From NCBI GenBank assembly GCA_035390665.1, contig DAOOUC010000007.1, positions 12,728 to 44,727 on the forward strand: a stretch of 32,000 nucleotides of DNA. The letters are read 5' to 3'. A model generated the notes under the pieces. The model was not told the origin of the DNA. It ran no database searches and saw nothing but the letters and a program-made list of their open reading frames with translations. The position numbers and the translations under genes are program-made. The first letter of the stretch is position 1. The number at the start of each line of letters is the position of its first letter. This document shows, piece after piece, positions 11,001 to 19,272 of this stretch. The DNA is from an archaeon (GTDB lineage Archaea; Iainarchaeota; Iainarchaeia; Iainarchaeales; CSSED10-239).

Positions 11001-13060
11001 ACAATAATACAAGTTATTGGGATAAAGAATATAGTCATGTTGTTGTTTATTTAGGGAAAATGGGTTCTAGTCATTATATTATTCATTCTTGGTTAAATAC
11101 CTTAAAAATTGAAAAACTAGATGTTTTCTTAAAAACAACAGCCAGAGGAAAAAATGCATATGGGTATTATGAAGATGGGCAAATAAAAGAAGTAATGATT
11201 TCAAATAACCTTTATCAGAAATTAAGAACAAAAGCTAGAATTGAAGGAATTTCTCTTGGTTCTGTTGATTCTTCTATTTATCAAGGCATTGTTTCTAATT
11301 ACATATTAGATTCATTTAACAATTTTGAAATGGTTTCAACAACTCAGAGAAGCACACTAAATCAAAATATGTATCAGGAATTAGAGGTTGTTTATAATAG
11401 AATTTTAAATAAGGACTTTAGTATTTATTATAAAACAAACTATTCTAATAATTCAACACCAGAAGTAAATCAAAACATAAGATTAACACCAGGAGAGCCA
11501 ATGATAATAATTCTTGGCAAATATAAAAAAGTATTTTTAGTTAATAAAGAGAATGGAATAACTAATATTATTTCTGAATATCCAATAGCAACAGGAGTTA
11601 ATGGTTTTGGTTGTGTGAACGATAGTTTAAAAACACCAATTGGGCTATTTAAAATTGTACAAAAAGTTGGACAAAATTGTAGTCCTTTACAAGTTATAGG
11701 TGCTAATGGTTGTCAATATCAAAACGGAAACCCCGTACTTGCAAGTTATAATTCAGGAACAGCTAAAGTTGTAACCAGAAAACTTGTTCTTGATGGTCTT
11801 GAAAAAGAAAATATTGGTGTTGGTTGTGACACAGGTAATAGAAACACAATATATAGAGGGATATTTATACACGGAACAAATTATGAAAACTCAATGGGAC
11901 AACAAAGATCTCATGGTTGTATTAGAATGTTAAATAATGATGTTATTACTTTGTTTAACAATGTGCAAAACGGAACGTATGTTTATATTTATAATTCTGA
12001 AACAAGTTATTCAAGTCTTTTAGATTTAGAAAACAAATTAACAAATTCAGGAAACAACTTAGAATTCACATTAACTAGTGCAAGAAAACCATCAAATTCT
12101 AGAATTACAGCAACGAAGACAATGCAAGATGTTGACAATTATATTGATGAAAGAATAAATACATTTAGAATGTTAGATAATACAACAGGAGTAAGTCTAA
12201 GTTATGGTAGAGAATGTAACACAACAACCTTGAAGTTTCCTTGTTTTTTAAAAGAAGCCTTAGATGTAGAATATGATGCACATGTAATAAATCCACAATC
12301 TTCTGAGTTTAATTATATTGTTTTTAGAGTAACTAAAGCTTTTGGTTATACTTTAGAAGAAACAGCACAATTTTGGGGAAGTCTTTCTCAAGAGAGTGGA
12401 ACTTCAACAAACATAAGTGGATCACAATCACAATATGGTAATTCTCTTACAGGAAAACCAGCATATGGTATTGCACAAATAGAAAAAGCACCATGGTCAC
12501 AATATAATGCAAATAGATACACATTTGACGAAATGGTTCAAGATTTTAATTCTGTAGATTTATCTAGTATTATTGAAAGAGACCCTAGAATTGGAACCGT
12601 TACAGGCAGTAATAATAAAATAGACAGTAGAACAGAAATAATTGCTTTATTAGATTTAATTTGGACAAATAAAAGTAAATATGCATCTGTTGTTTTTTCT
12701 GCAGGATTAAAAAGATATATTGGTAGAAAGATAATTACAACTTCTCAAATTAATTACAATTCTGGAACAATAAGAGAGCCGTTTTGGCATGCTCATAGAA
12801 CGACATACGATCATTTAAATTCAATTAATTTTAATTTTGCTGTAATTTATAAATATAAATATACAGGAACTCAAAGAATGTATGATGGTATAAAAAGATA
12901 TTCTGGATTAGATGGCGGAGAAGACACAATTAAAACAATTGCATTAAAGCTTGCAAATTATCTTGCTTTTAAAAAAGAATATTATATGTATAAATATGGA
13001 ATAATAAATGGAAATCATTCTGATTTATTGGCAAGTATGATAAATGCAGGGATAATTTAA
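8087..13060 (+). CDS. Giant exported multidomain protein: NlpC/P60-like, L,D-transpeptidase (YkuD) and lysozyme/SLT-like domains
   Basis: Signal peptide MKYTKILSIILIILILPFIFAED. NlpC-like: SYCSAFIRNF (Cys913) and YSHVVVYLG (His984). YkuD: TPIGLFKIV, GIFIHGT, RSHGCIRM (Cys1278). SLT-like: FWGSLSQESG (Glu1436) and GKPAYGIAQIEKAPW. Confidence 0.85.
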   Translation: MKYTKILSIILIILILPFIFAEDEGNSIIVPLAINGTEGELDVFTIQTNYPEIELDESQDLITSFSSFDQNSSFSLNSQVNYKSLNIPHYFLKENQNTKKRIYPFNQGRTYVINNSSQEIAKDKTLELKLNLSNTTQKVYLIIDQAQSNPIPAMTQFVNISSSTIEINTIPRYLKINKSSIVNGKLLLNLKANIPNFSLQIIELDNNQKVSGVYSTNILQLDYDSFNKYTLFQINRNLIEFYCPYCHLKDYGINENGFSSCGKSVFEQEKKSITEYLSAKENVCLLPDGSRISGFTNESLELFGLNRLYFEWNDNIPSDFFDYGEYYVDQDQLRIAVSKKLDEISNNNYVEIETTKYKKGKNTLISKVGTDIEYDLSEVTELSTNSSINESLDFSIAVLNSIPEEYKKLTIIDLTNNEPSVSVSEFDRIMQEILVSNYYKVTDYHTHYQITLEKYLSSISNFKISRANNDIYSKLLYGLEYKTQGYSNVYLSEGLNYFIYNIKPFGEDIEAILNNEHTQLFGNYWKLNLLDNNQTTQPKTVIVNLSEIVPERKEANISFNDPTTDLYVNYYSGNQYFSNNPLFLMPLNVLSYNRGNFFENTTSVTSKQPDIINNYNNLQEGKIVSIDTTSSDFVINLTKPIIITKDTGEEILVKYYNGREYVNYSNNLIKVNNSREDFPTKETIVIYPPKSEFVNFPLIVESSTPLIFNKEVIENKEQEKYVYRLNSETQNLSFSELINNISNNQTCFSVIDNSFSLWINVDQELDVTKSYSYQEFASALQSEENSPSESLATTLNQNPEVNTTFAVYTIDESQNLYKQVQAVNSYIQTETETRNLKILESYNEVYQKVLESEPALKKDFINLLNCNETLICRISKTRFTPEGSFFERFKNVCIDNTPTECVSFWSNPKVSYCSAFIRNFNNYYFGYRFDSANAWDLAKQQNNKSIWKATTGSLSESSYDYLIPGSVLGIKHNNTSYWDKEYSHVVVYLGKMGSSHYIIHSWLNTLKIEKLDVFLKTTARGKNAYGYYEDGQIKEVMISNNLYQKLRTKARIEGISLGSVDSSIYQGIVSNYILDSFNNFEMVSTTQRSTLNQNMYQELEVVYNRILNKDFSIYYKTNYSNNSTPEVNQNIRLTPGEPMIIILGKYKKVFLVNKENGITNIISEYPIATGVNGFGCVNDSLKTPIGLFKIVQKVGQNCSPLQVIGANGCQYQNGNPVLASYNSGTAKVVTRKLVLDGLEKENIGVGCDTGNRNTIYRGIFIHGTNYENSMGQQRSHGCIRMLNNDVITLFNNVQNGTYVYIYNSETSYSSLLDLENKLTNSGNNLEFTLTSARKPSNSRITATKTMQDVDNYIDERINTFRMLDNTTGVSLSYGRECNTTTLKFPCFLKEALDVEYDAHVINPQSSEFNYIVFRVTKAFGYTLEETAQFWGSLSQESGTSTNISGSQSQYGNSLTGKPAYGIAQIEKAPWSQYNANRYTFDEMVQDFNSVDLSSIIERDPRIGTVTGSNNKIDSRTEIIALLDLIWTNKSKYASVVFSAGLKRYIGRKIITTSQINYNSGTIREPFWHAHRTTYDHLNSINFNFAVIYKYKYTGTQRMYDGIKRYSGLDGGEDTIKTIALKLANYLAFKKEYYMYKYGIINGNHSDLLASMINAGII

Positions 13061-13061
13061 T

Positions 13062-13721
13062 TTATTCTAATAATTTATCTTTTATTTTCTTTATTTTTGT
13101 TTTAGATTTAATTATGTAATGTCTTTTCGCATGTTCCACTAAAAGAGCATGATATTCTTGGTATATCTTGAAATCTTTTGGAAGGTTATCCATAAATAGT
13201 TTTTGTATTTCTTCGTATTTTGCATTTTTTTTAATAATTTTAAGATTTAATAATATTCTTATAGTATATGCATCAACAACAAAGATTGGTTCTCTATGTG
13301 CATATAAAAGAATGGAATCAGCTGTTTCTTTTCCAATTCCTTTAACTGAAAGAAGTTCGTGTCTTGTAGGCATTCTGTCTTTCAAAGATAAATAAAATTT
13401 AGAAATATCAACAAGTCTTTCATATTTTTGATTATAATAGCCAACAGATTTAATTGCGTGTTTGATAATTTCTTCATCTTTTTCTATTATTGCTTTAGGA
13501 TTCAGTAAATCGTTTTTCTTAAGATTATAAATTGCTTTTTCAACATTTTTCCAAGAAGTACTCTGAGTTAATATTGCCCCAACATATACTTCAAATATTT
13601 GAGAATGTGTTTTAATTAAATAATATTTCCCTGGATGATAACCAATATCAGATAATGGCCACCAACCCTGTGGTCCATAGTTTGTAAGTAAAACATCATA
13701 TATTTTTTGTATAGTATTCAT
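13062..13721 (-). CDS. HhH-GPD base-excision DNA glycosylase (endonuclease III/MagIII-like), lacks the FeS cluster cysteines
   Basis: VGAILTQSTSWKNVEKAI, LLSVKGIGKETADSILLYA, VVDAYTIRIL. Likely start is the internal Met (MNTIQKIYDVLL) at 13721. Confidence 0.88.
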   Translation of the reverse strand: MNTIQKIYDVLLTNYGPQGWWPLSDIGYHPGKYYLIKTHSQIFEVYVGAILTQSTSWKNVEKAIYNLKKNDLLNPKAIIEKDEEIIKHAIKSVGYYNQKYERLVDISKFYLSLKDRMPTRHELLSVKGIGKETADSILLYAHREPIFVVDAYTIRILLNLKIIKKNAKYEEIQKLFMDNLPKDFKIYQEYHALLVEHAKRHYIIKSKTKIKKIKDKLLE

Positions 13722-13783
13722 AGCTTTTTCACAAATAATAATATAACAATACAATTATTAAATGTTTTTGTGTTATTGTTTTT

Positions 13784-14332
13784 ATGCTTAGAAGAATTTT
13801 AATATTTTTGTGTTTAGTTTTATTTTTAGGAACTTTATTTTATGTTCTTATCGAAAATAATAACAAAACAGAAACAGACAAAACCTATTATTTCGGTTAC
13901 GGAAGTAATATGGATATTGATCTTTTAAGAAAAAGGATTGATAATAATTCTATAGTTCCAGTAAGTTATGCTAAACTTGAAAACTATCGTCTAATCTTTC
14001 CAAGAGGAGTAGGTTCTGTTATTCCTGATGAAACTACAGATGTCTATGGTTGTCTTTTTCTTTTAACAAAAGAAGAAATAGCAAAACTGGATATTATTGA
14101 AGGATATAGAGAAGATAGAAATAAATCATTAAACAGTTACAATAGAGAATGGATAGATGTTTTGTCTCCAAAAGGTAAAAAAGTATCTGCAGAAATCTAT
14201 ATTCAGACAAACAATTCTGATGTAAATGCAAAACCAAGTAATAGTTACAAGCAAACACTTGTAAAAGGTGCAAGCGATTGTTCTCTTCCTGATTTTTATC
14301 AAGAACAATTAAAGCAAATTGAAGTTAGATAA
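13784..14332 (+). CDS. Gamma-glutamylcyclotransferase-like (AIG2/GGCT fold) protein with N-terminal membrane anchor
   Basis: YFGYGSNMDIDLLRKR, YAKLENYRLIFPRGVGSVIPDETTDVYGCLFLLTKEEIAKLDIIEGY. Confidence 0.88.
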   Translation: MLRRILIFLCLVLFLGTLFYVLIENNNKTETDKTYYFGYGSNMDIDLLRKRIDNNSIVPVSYAKLENYRLIFPRGVGSVIPDETTDVYGCLFLLTKEEIAKLDIIEGYREDRNKSLNSYNREWIDVLSPKGKKVSAEIYIQTNNSDVNAKPSNSYKQTLVKGASDCSLPDFYQEQLKQIEVR

Positions 14333-14392
14333 TTTTCTTAATTTTGTGAATTTGTTATTTTTCGTAAAATTTTTGCATTTTCCCAAATAACA

Positions 14393-14400
14393 TTTATATA
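14393..14400 (+). promoter_or_regulatory. Archaeal TATA box candidate for the KilA-N gene
   Basis: TTTATATA centred about 26 nt upstream of the C-tract/hairpin leader. Confidence 0.45.
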
Positions 14401-14425
14401 CTCTGCACTGGACAGCAACCCCCCC

Positions 14426-14443
14426 GAAAATGACACCGTTTTC
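14426..14443 (+). promoter_or_regulatory. Leader hairpin preceded by C7 tract
   Basis: GAAAATG-ACAC-CGTTTTC (7-bp stem with one G-T pair, 4-nt loop), preceded by CCCCCCC at 14419-14425. Confidence 0.5.
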
Positions 14444-14471
14444 TAATAACTATATTATTTTGTGAACAATT

Positions 14472-15281
14472 ATGAATAAAGTAAATGTATTAGGAAATGA
14501 TATTTCATATTATACAAAACAGGAAAACGACTATATTTCTTTAACAGACATGGTTAAAAATTTAAATAATGGTTTAGTATTAATAGAAAAATGGTTAAGA
14601 AATAAAAACACTATTGAATTTATAGGGATTTGGGAAGAAATGAACAACCCTGAATTTAATTCCCCCGAATTCGGGGGAATTAAAAATGAAGCAGGAACAA
14701 ATAGATTTGCATTGTCTGTAAGTCAATGGATAATTAGAACAAATGCTATTGGAATTAAAGCAAGTGCAGGAAGGTATGGCGGAACCTTCGCACACAAAGA
14801 TATTGCTTTTGAGTTTGCTTCATGGATATCTCCTAAATTTAAATTATATCTTATTAAAGAATTTCAAAGATTAAAAATAGATGAAAGTCAAAGGTTAAAA
14901 CTTGATTGGGACATTAAAAGAAATCTTGCTAAAATTAATTATCATATACACACAGACGCTATAAAGAACAATTTGATTCCTGAAAAGATATCTAAAACAA
15001 AAGAATATTTAATTTATGCAACAGAAGCAGATATCTTAAATCTTGCTCTTTTCGGATTAACTGCAAAAGAATGGAAAAATAATAATCCTAAATTAGAAGG
15101 GAATATTAGAGATTATGCAGATATTTCTCAATTAGTTTGTCTTTCAAATCTTGAAAACTTAAATGCGTTGTTCATTAAAGAAGGAATGGACAAATTAGAG
15201 AGATTGAAAAAATTAAACATTATAGCAATTGAGCAAATGACTATTTTAACTAATCAGCAAGTAATTAAAAAATTAAAATAA
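14472..15281 (+). CDS. KilA-N domain-containing protein
   Basis: YISLTDMVKNLNNGLVLIEKWLRNKNTIEFIGIWEEMNNPEFN...GRYGGTFAHKDIAFEFASWISPKFKLYLIKEFQRLK, a classical KilA-N signature. Confidence 0.92.
   Translation: MNKVNVLGNDISYYTKQENDYISLTDMVKNLNNGLVLIEKWLRNKNTIEFIGIWEEMNNPEFNSPEFGGIKNEAGTNRFALSVSQWIIRTNAIGIKASAGRYGGTFAHKDIAFEFASWISPKFKLYLIKEFQRLKIDESQRLKLDWDIKRNLAKINYHIHTDAIKNNLIPEKISKTKEYLIYATEADILNLALFGLTAKEWKNNNPKLEGNIRDYADISQLVCLSNLENLNALFIKEGMDKLERLKKLNIIAIEQMTILTNQQVIKKLK
14655..14684. repeat. Perfect 30-bp palindrome within the KilA-N coding sequence
   Basis: TTTAATTCCCCCGAATTCGGGGGAATTAAA. Confidence 0.9.
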
Positions 15282-15285
15282 GAAG

Positions 15286-15358
15286 TGGTCCTGCCCGGAT
15301 TTGGACCGGGGATCTCTGCCATGTGAAGGCAACATCATAACCGCTAGACCACAGGACC
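15286..15358 (-). tRNA. tRNA-Val(CAC)
   Basis: Reverse complement GGTCCTGTGGTCTAGCGGTTATGATGTTGCCTTCACATGGCAGAGATCCCCGGTCCAAATCCGGGCAGGACCA; anticodon arm TTGCC-TTCACAT-GGCAG. Confidence 0.9.
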
Positions 15359-15925
15359 TTATTGTAATTTATAGGTTTTTTCTATAACACATCTTCTTGT
15401 TGGTTTTTTAGCTGTAGAATATTTCATAATTGTAATATTATCAAAATATGAATCAAAGTATTTTTCTTTTCCTTTTAAGAATTTCATAATTTTGGGATAT
15501 AGCTTTTCATTACATTCTTCAGTAATAGTTGTGTGCAAATGTATTCCATTGTCTTCAATATTTTTGTGCCAAGTTAGCCATTTTAGTTTTTTTAATTCTT
15601 TGTGTAATTCTAAAATTATATTATTTATTTTTTGCGATTGACTTCCTTTTACAAAAACCACTCTTTTATGAAAATTATCAAATCCACCAACTTTTATTTT
15701 TTGTTTAGTGTGTGTTTTTGAAAATTTAGAAAGAGTTTCTTTTAATTTCTCTAATTGTTTTGTATTTGCTTTAAATTTGTATTTTAAAGTAAAGTGTGCA
15801 TAATTGTTTGCTTTCTTAGTGTGCATAAGACCAAATTCATTAGCGATTGCGCATACTAAATCTCTTCTATAGTTATCTATTTCTTTATTATGCAAAAAAA
15901 ACAAACAATATTCCATATTATTCAT
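15359..15925 (-). CDS. 2'-5' RNA ligase / cyclic phosphodiesterase superfamily protein
   Basis: Two HxT/S-type motifs (YAHFTLKYKF and IHLHTTITEE) with typical spacing. Confidence 0.8.
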   Translation of the reverse strand: MNNMEYCLFFLHNKEIDNYRRDLVCAIANEFGLMHTKKANNYAHFTLKYKFKANTKQLEKLKETLSKFSKTHTKQKIKVGGFDNFHKRVVFVKGSQSQKINNIILELHKELKKLKWLTWHKNIEDNGIHLHTTITEECNEKLYPKIMKFLKGKEKYFDSYFDNITIMKYSTAKKPTRRCVIEKTYKLQ

Positions 15926-15928
15926 CCT

Positions 15929-17203
15929 TTAAGGAGTTAATCTTTCTGGATCTCTTGGAAGAAGTACTGCTTCTTTGACGTTAGCAAGATTTAACATTAA
16001 TTGTGTGATTCTATCAAGCCCTAAACCGGCACCGCCATGACTTGGAACACCATAACTTAACATCTTAACATAGTAGTCCATGTCTTCTAAGGACATTCCT
16101 TTTTCTAAGATTTGTTCTTTTAGAACAGAAGTTCTATGTTCTCTTTGAGCACCAGTTGATATTTCACAACCTTTCCAAATAAGATCAAAGCTTTTTGTTA
16201 TCTTTAATCCATCTTCTTTCTCGTCTTTACACATATGATAGAATGGTCTTTTAGTGAATGGGAAATCAGTTAAGAAAACAAATTCAGAATTATATTTTTC
16301 TAAAACATAATCTCCAAGCATTTTTTCTCCTTCTGAATCTAAATCTTCTTCAGGAGGATAGTTTTTTCCTTTTGTTTTAAGAATAACTTTTGCTTCTTTC
16401 ATTGTTATTCTTGGAATTTTTTCTGGTATCTTAATTTCAACCTTTAATATTTCAAGTTCTTGTTTACATTCTTTATCTATTTGTGTTAAAGTATATTTTA
16501 ACATTTCTTCAAGAACAACCATTACTTCTTCTGGGTCTTTGATATATCCCATTTCCATATCAATTCCAGTAAATTCAGTTAAATGTCTAGTTGTGTGACT
16601 TTTCTCTGCTCTAAATACTTCTCCAATCTCATAAACTTTATTAAATCCCCCAGCAATCATCATTTGCTTATAAACTTGAGGAGATTGTGAAAGGAATGCT
16701 TTGTTTCCAAAGTAATTTATTTCAAATAATTCTGCTCCGCTTTCTACACCATTACTTACCATTTTAGGAGTGTTCATATTTATGAAACCTTGATTATCAA
16801 AGAAATCAGTAACTGCTCTAACAATCTTTGATCTAACTTTAAATATTGCAAGATTTTCTGGAACTCTTAAGTCCACATATCTGTAGTTGATTCTTGTATC
16901 AAATCCACTTTCAATCTTTCCAGAGATATCGAGAGGAACAGGAGCATCAGAAATGGAAAGAATATCTAAGGTTTCAGGAATCACTTCATAGCCATTCATT
17001 GCTTGTTCAGAATCTTTTTTAGTTCCAGAGACAACAACAACTGATTCTTTAGTAACCTCTTTTGCTTTGTTGAAAAGTTCAGGATTATCTTTCTTAAAGA
17101 AAGTAATTTGTTCTTTCTTGTATTGGTCTCTTAAGATAAAAAACATTAAGTTTCCAAAATTTCTTATCTCTGAGACATAACCTCTTGCTATATATTTTTC
17201 CAT
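15929..17203 (-). CDS. aspS: Aspartyl-tRNA synthetase (archaeal/eukaryotic type)
   Basis: OB-fold N-terminus, NYRYVDLRVPENLAIFKVRSKIV, FLSQSPQVYKQMMIAGGFNKVYEIGEVFRAEKSHTTRHLTEFTGIDMEM, GAGLGLDRITQLML. Confidence 0.95.
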   Translation of the reverse strand: MEKYIARGYVSEIRNFGNLMFFILRDQYKKEQITFFKKDNPELFNKAKEVTKESVVVVSGTKKDSEQAMNGYEVIPETLDILSISDAPVPLDISGKIESGFDTRINYRYVDLRVPENLAIFKVRSKIVRAVTDFFDNQGFINMNTPKMVSNGVESGAELFEINYFGNKAFLSQSPQVYKQMMIAGGFNKVYEIGEVFRAEKSHTTRHLTEFTGIDMEMGYIKDPEEVMVVLEEMLKYTLTQIDKECKQELEILKVEIKIPEKIPRITMKEAKVILKTKGKNYPPEEDLDSEGEKMLGDYVLEKYNSEFVFLTDFPFTKRPFYHMCKDEKEDGLKITKSFDLIWKGCEISTGAQREHRTSVLKEQILEKGMSLEDMDYYVKMLSYGVPSHGGAGLGLDRITQLMLNLANVKEAVLLPRDPERLTP

Positions 17204-17224
17204 TTTCTAACACCTTTATTTTTT

Positions 17225-19162
17225 TTATTTATTTCTAGATATCCTTTTCTCTTTGATTTCTTCATGTAGTTCTTTTATGAACGCTTCAATTTTTTGTTCT
17301 CCAAGTATTTCATTGTCTCTTGTTCTTATGTTTACTGTTTGATTCTTTGCTTCGCTGTCTCCGACTACAAGGATGTAATTGATCTTTGAAAGCTCTGCAT
17401 TTCTTATCTTCTTGTTCATTGTTAAAGCATTATCGTCTATCTCAACACGAAGACCTGCTTCTTTTAATTTCTTAGAAACAAAAGATGCATAGTCATTATG
17501 TCTGTCAGCGATTGGAAGCACAATTACTTGGACAGGAGAGAGCCACAATGGAAACTTTCCTTCAAATTCTTCAACTAAGATTCCTAAAAATCTCTCAACA
17601 CTACCATAGATTGCTCTGTGTATCATTACTGGTCTCATTTTTTCATTATTTGGTCCTTCATAAGTTAAATTAAACTTCTCAGGCATTTGGAAATCAAGTT
17701 GTATTGTTCCACATTGCCAGTCTCTTCCAATTGCATCTTTTAAATGGAAATCAATCTTTGGTCCGTAGAAAGCTCCATCTCCCGGATTAAGCTTGTATTC
17801 TTTACCAAGAGTTTCAAGAACTTCTTTAAGAGTGTCTTCAGCTAAATCCCAAAGTGCTGGATCTCCCATTGCTCCTTCTGGTTTAGTTGAAAGTTCCATG
17901 TGATAAGAAAAACCAAAGACCTTGTAAACTTCGTCAAGAAGATTAATTAAATCAATAATCTCGTCTTTCATTTGATCTCTTGTACAAAATACATGAGCAT
18001 CGTCTTGAGTAAAGCATCTTACTCTAAACATTCCTGAAAGTGCTCCTGAAAGTTCATGTCTATGAACTAATCCAAATTCTCCTGCTCTTATTGGTAAGTC
18101 TCTATAAGAGTATTGATGTGCTTTATAGACTAAAAGATTACCAGGACAGTTCATTGGTTTAACTGCAAAGTCCTGATCATCTATTTTTGTAAAATACATG
18201 TTGTCTTTATAGTGATCCCAATGTCCTGATTGTAACCATAATGATTTGTTTAGAATCATTGGTGTTTTGTTAATCTCATAATTTCTTTCATAAAGTTTTT
18301 CTGTTAAAAACTCAACAAGTTTATTCCATATAATTGTTCCTTTTGTGTGAAAGAAAGGCATACCTGGTGCTTCTTCTTGGAAACTGAAAAGATCTAATTC
18401 TCTTCCAATCTTTCTATGGTCTCTTTTAGCTGCTTCTTCTAATCTAGTTAAGTATTCTTTTAGTTCTGTTGCTGACTGGTAAGATACACCATAGATTCTT
18501 TGTAATTGTTTATTCTTAGCATCTCCTCTCCAGTAGGCTCCTGATGCCTTTAATATTTTGAATGCTTTTATTTTTCCACTTGATGGGATGTGTGGTCCTC
18601 TACAAAGATCAATAAATTCTCCAAGCTTGTAGTAGGATAATTTCTCGCCTTTATCTTTAAGTTCATTTATCATTTCTGTTTTGTAAGGTTGGTTCTTGAA
18701 AAGCTCTAAAGCTTTGTTAAAATCAACTTCATACCTTTCAAACTTAATATCTTCTTTAATAATTTTATTTACTTCTTCTTCTATTTTTTGTAATTCTTCT
18801 TCAGTAAAAGCCCTATTGATATCTACATCATAGTAGAATCCTTCATCAATTGCTGGCCCAATAGCAAATTTAACTTCAGGGAATAATCTTCTAATTGCAA
18901 GAGCCATGATATGTGAAGAACTATGCCAAAAGATTTCCTTACCTTCTTTATCTTTATAAGTTATTACTAAAAAATCTGTGTCTGTGGTAATAGGTGTTTC
19001 TAAGTCTATCAACTTCTGGTTTATTTTAGCAGCCATAGCTACTCTGAGTAGTCCTTCTCCAATATTTTCAAGGATAACTTCCTTTGCTTTTTTTCCTGAT
19101 TCTATTTCTTTAATATTACCATCAGGAAACTTTACATTTATTTTCATTTCTGATTCCTCCAT
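17225..19162 (-). CDS. thrS: Threonyl-tRNA synthetase with TGS and second additional domain (bacterial-type architecture)
   Basis: TGS domain at N-terminus, SSHIMALAIRRLFPEVKFAIGPAIDEGFYYD, MNCPGNLLVYKAHQYSYRDLPIRAGEFGLVHRHELSGALSGMFRVRCFTQDDAHVFC, HRAIYGSVERFLGILVE. Confidence 0.95.
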   Translation of the reverse strand: MEESEMKINVKFPDGNIKEIESGKKAKEVILENIGEGLLRVAMAAKINQKLIDLETPITTDTDFLVITYKDKEGKEIFWHSSSHIMALAIRRLFPEVKFAIGPAIDEGFYYDVDINRAFTEEELQKIEEEVNKIIKEDIKFERYEVDFNKALELFKNQPYKTEMINELKDKGEKLSYYKLGEFIDLCRGPHIPSSGKIKAFKILKASGAYWRGDAKNKQLQRIYGVSYQSATELKEYLTRLEEAAKRDHRKIGRELDLFSFQEEAPGMPFFHTKGTIIWNKLVEFLTEKLYERNYEINKTPMILNKSLWLQSGHWDHYKDNMYFTKIDDQDFAVKPMNCPGNLLVYKAHQYSYRDLPIRAGEFGLVHRHELSGALSGMFRVRCFTQDDAHVFCTRDQMKDEIIDLINLLDEVYKVFGFSYHMELSTKPEGAMGDPALWDLAEDTLKEVLETLGKEYKLNPGDGAFYGPKIDFHLKDAIGRDWQCGTIQLDFQMPEKFNLTYEGPNNEKMRPVMIHRAIYGSVERFLGILVEEFEGKFPLWLSPVQVIVLPIADRHNDYASFVSKKLKEAGLRVEIDDNALTMNKKIRNAELSKINYILVVGDSEAKNQTVNIRTRDNEILGEQKIEAFIKELHEEIKEKRISRNK

Positions 19163-19272
19163 TTTGTTGACACCTAAATTTTCCTATTACCACATAGTTA
19201 ATTTTAGGTAAGGTCTATAATATATTATATAAAACAGAAATAAATATAAATAAACAAGAAAAAGAGAAAAAG

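Noticed and set aside
14595-14795. 66-aa ORF antisense to the KilA-N gene
   Set aside because: Opposite to a clear KilA-N coding region; open frame partly created by the palindrome.
14372-15281. Considered KilA-N gene as part of a prophage
   Set aside because: No phage structural, integrase or terminase genes nearby, and no attachment duplication seen at the adjacent tRNA-Val; KilA-N genes also occur as stand-alone genes.
17485-19211. ORFs 17485..17673(+) and 18978..19211(+)
   Set aside because: Antisense to thrS, which is unambiguous.
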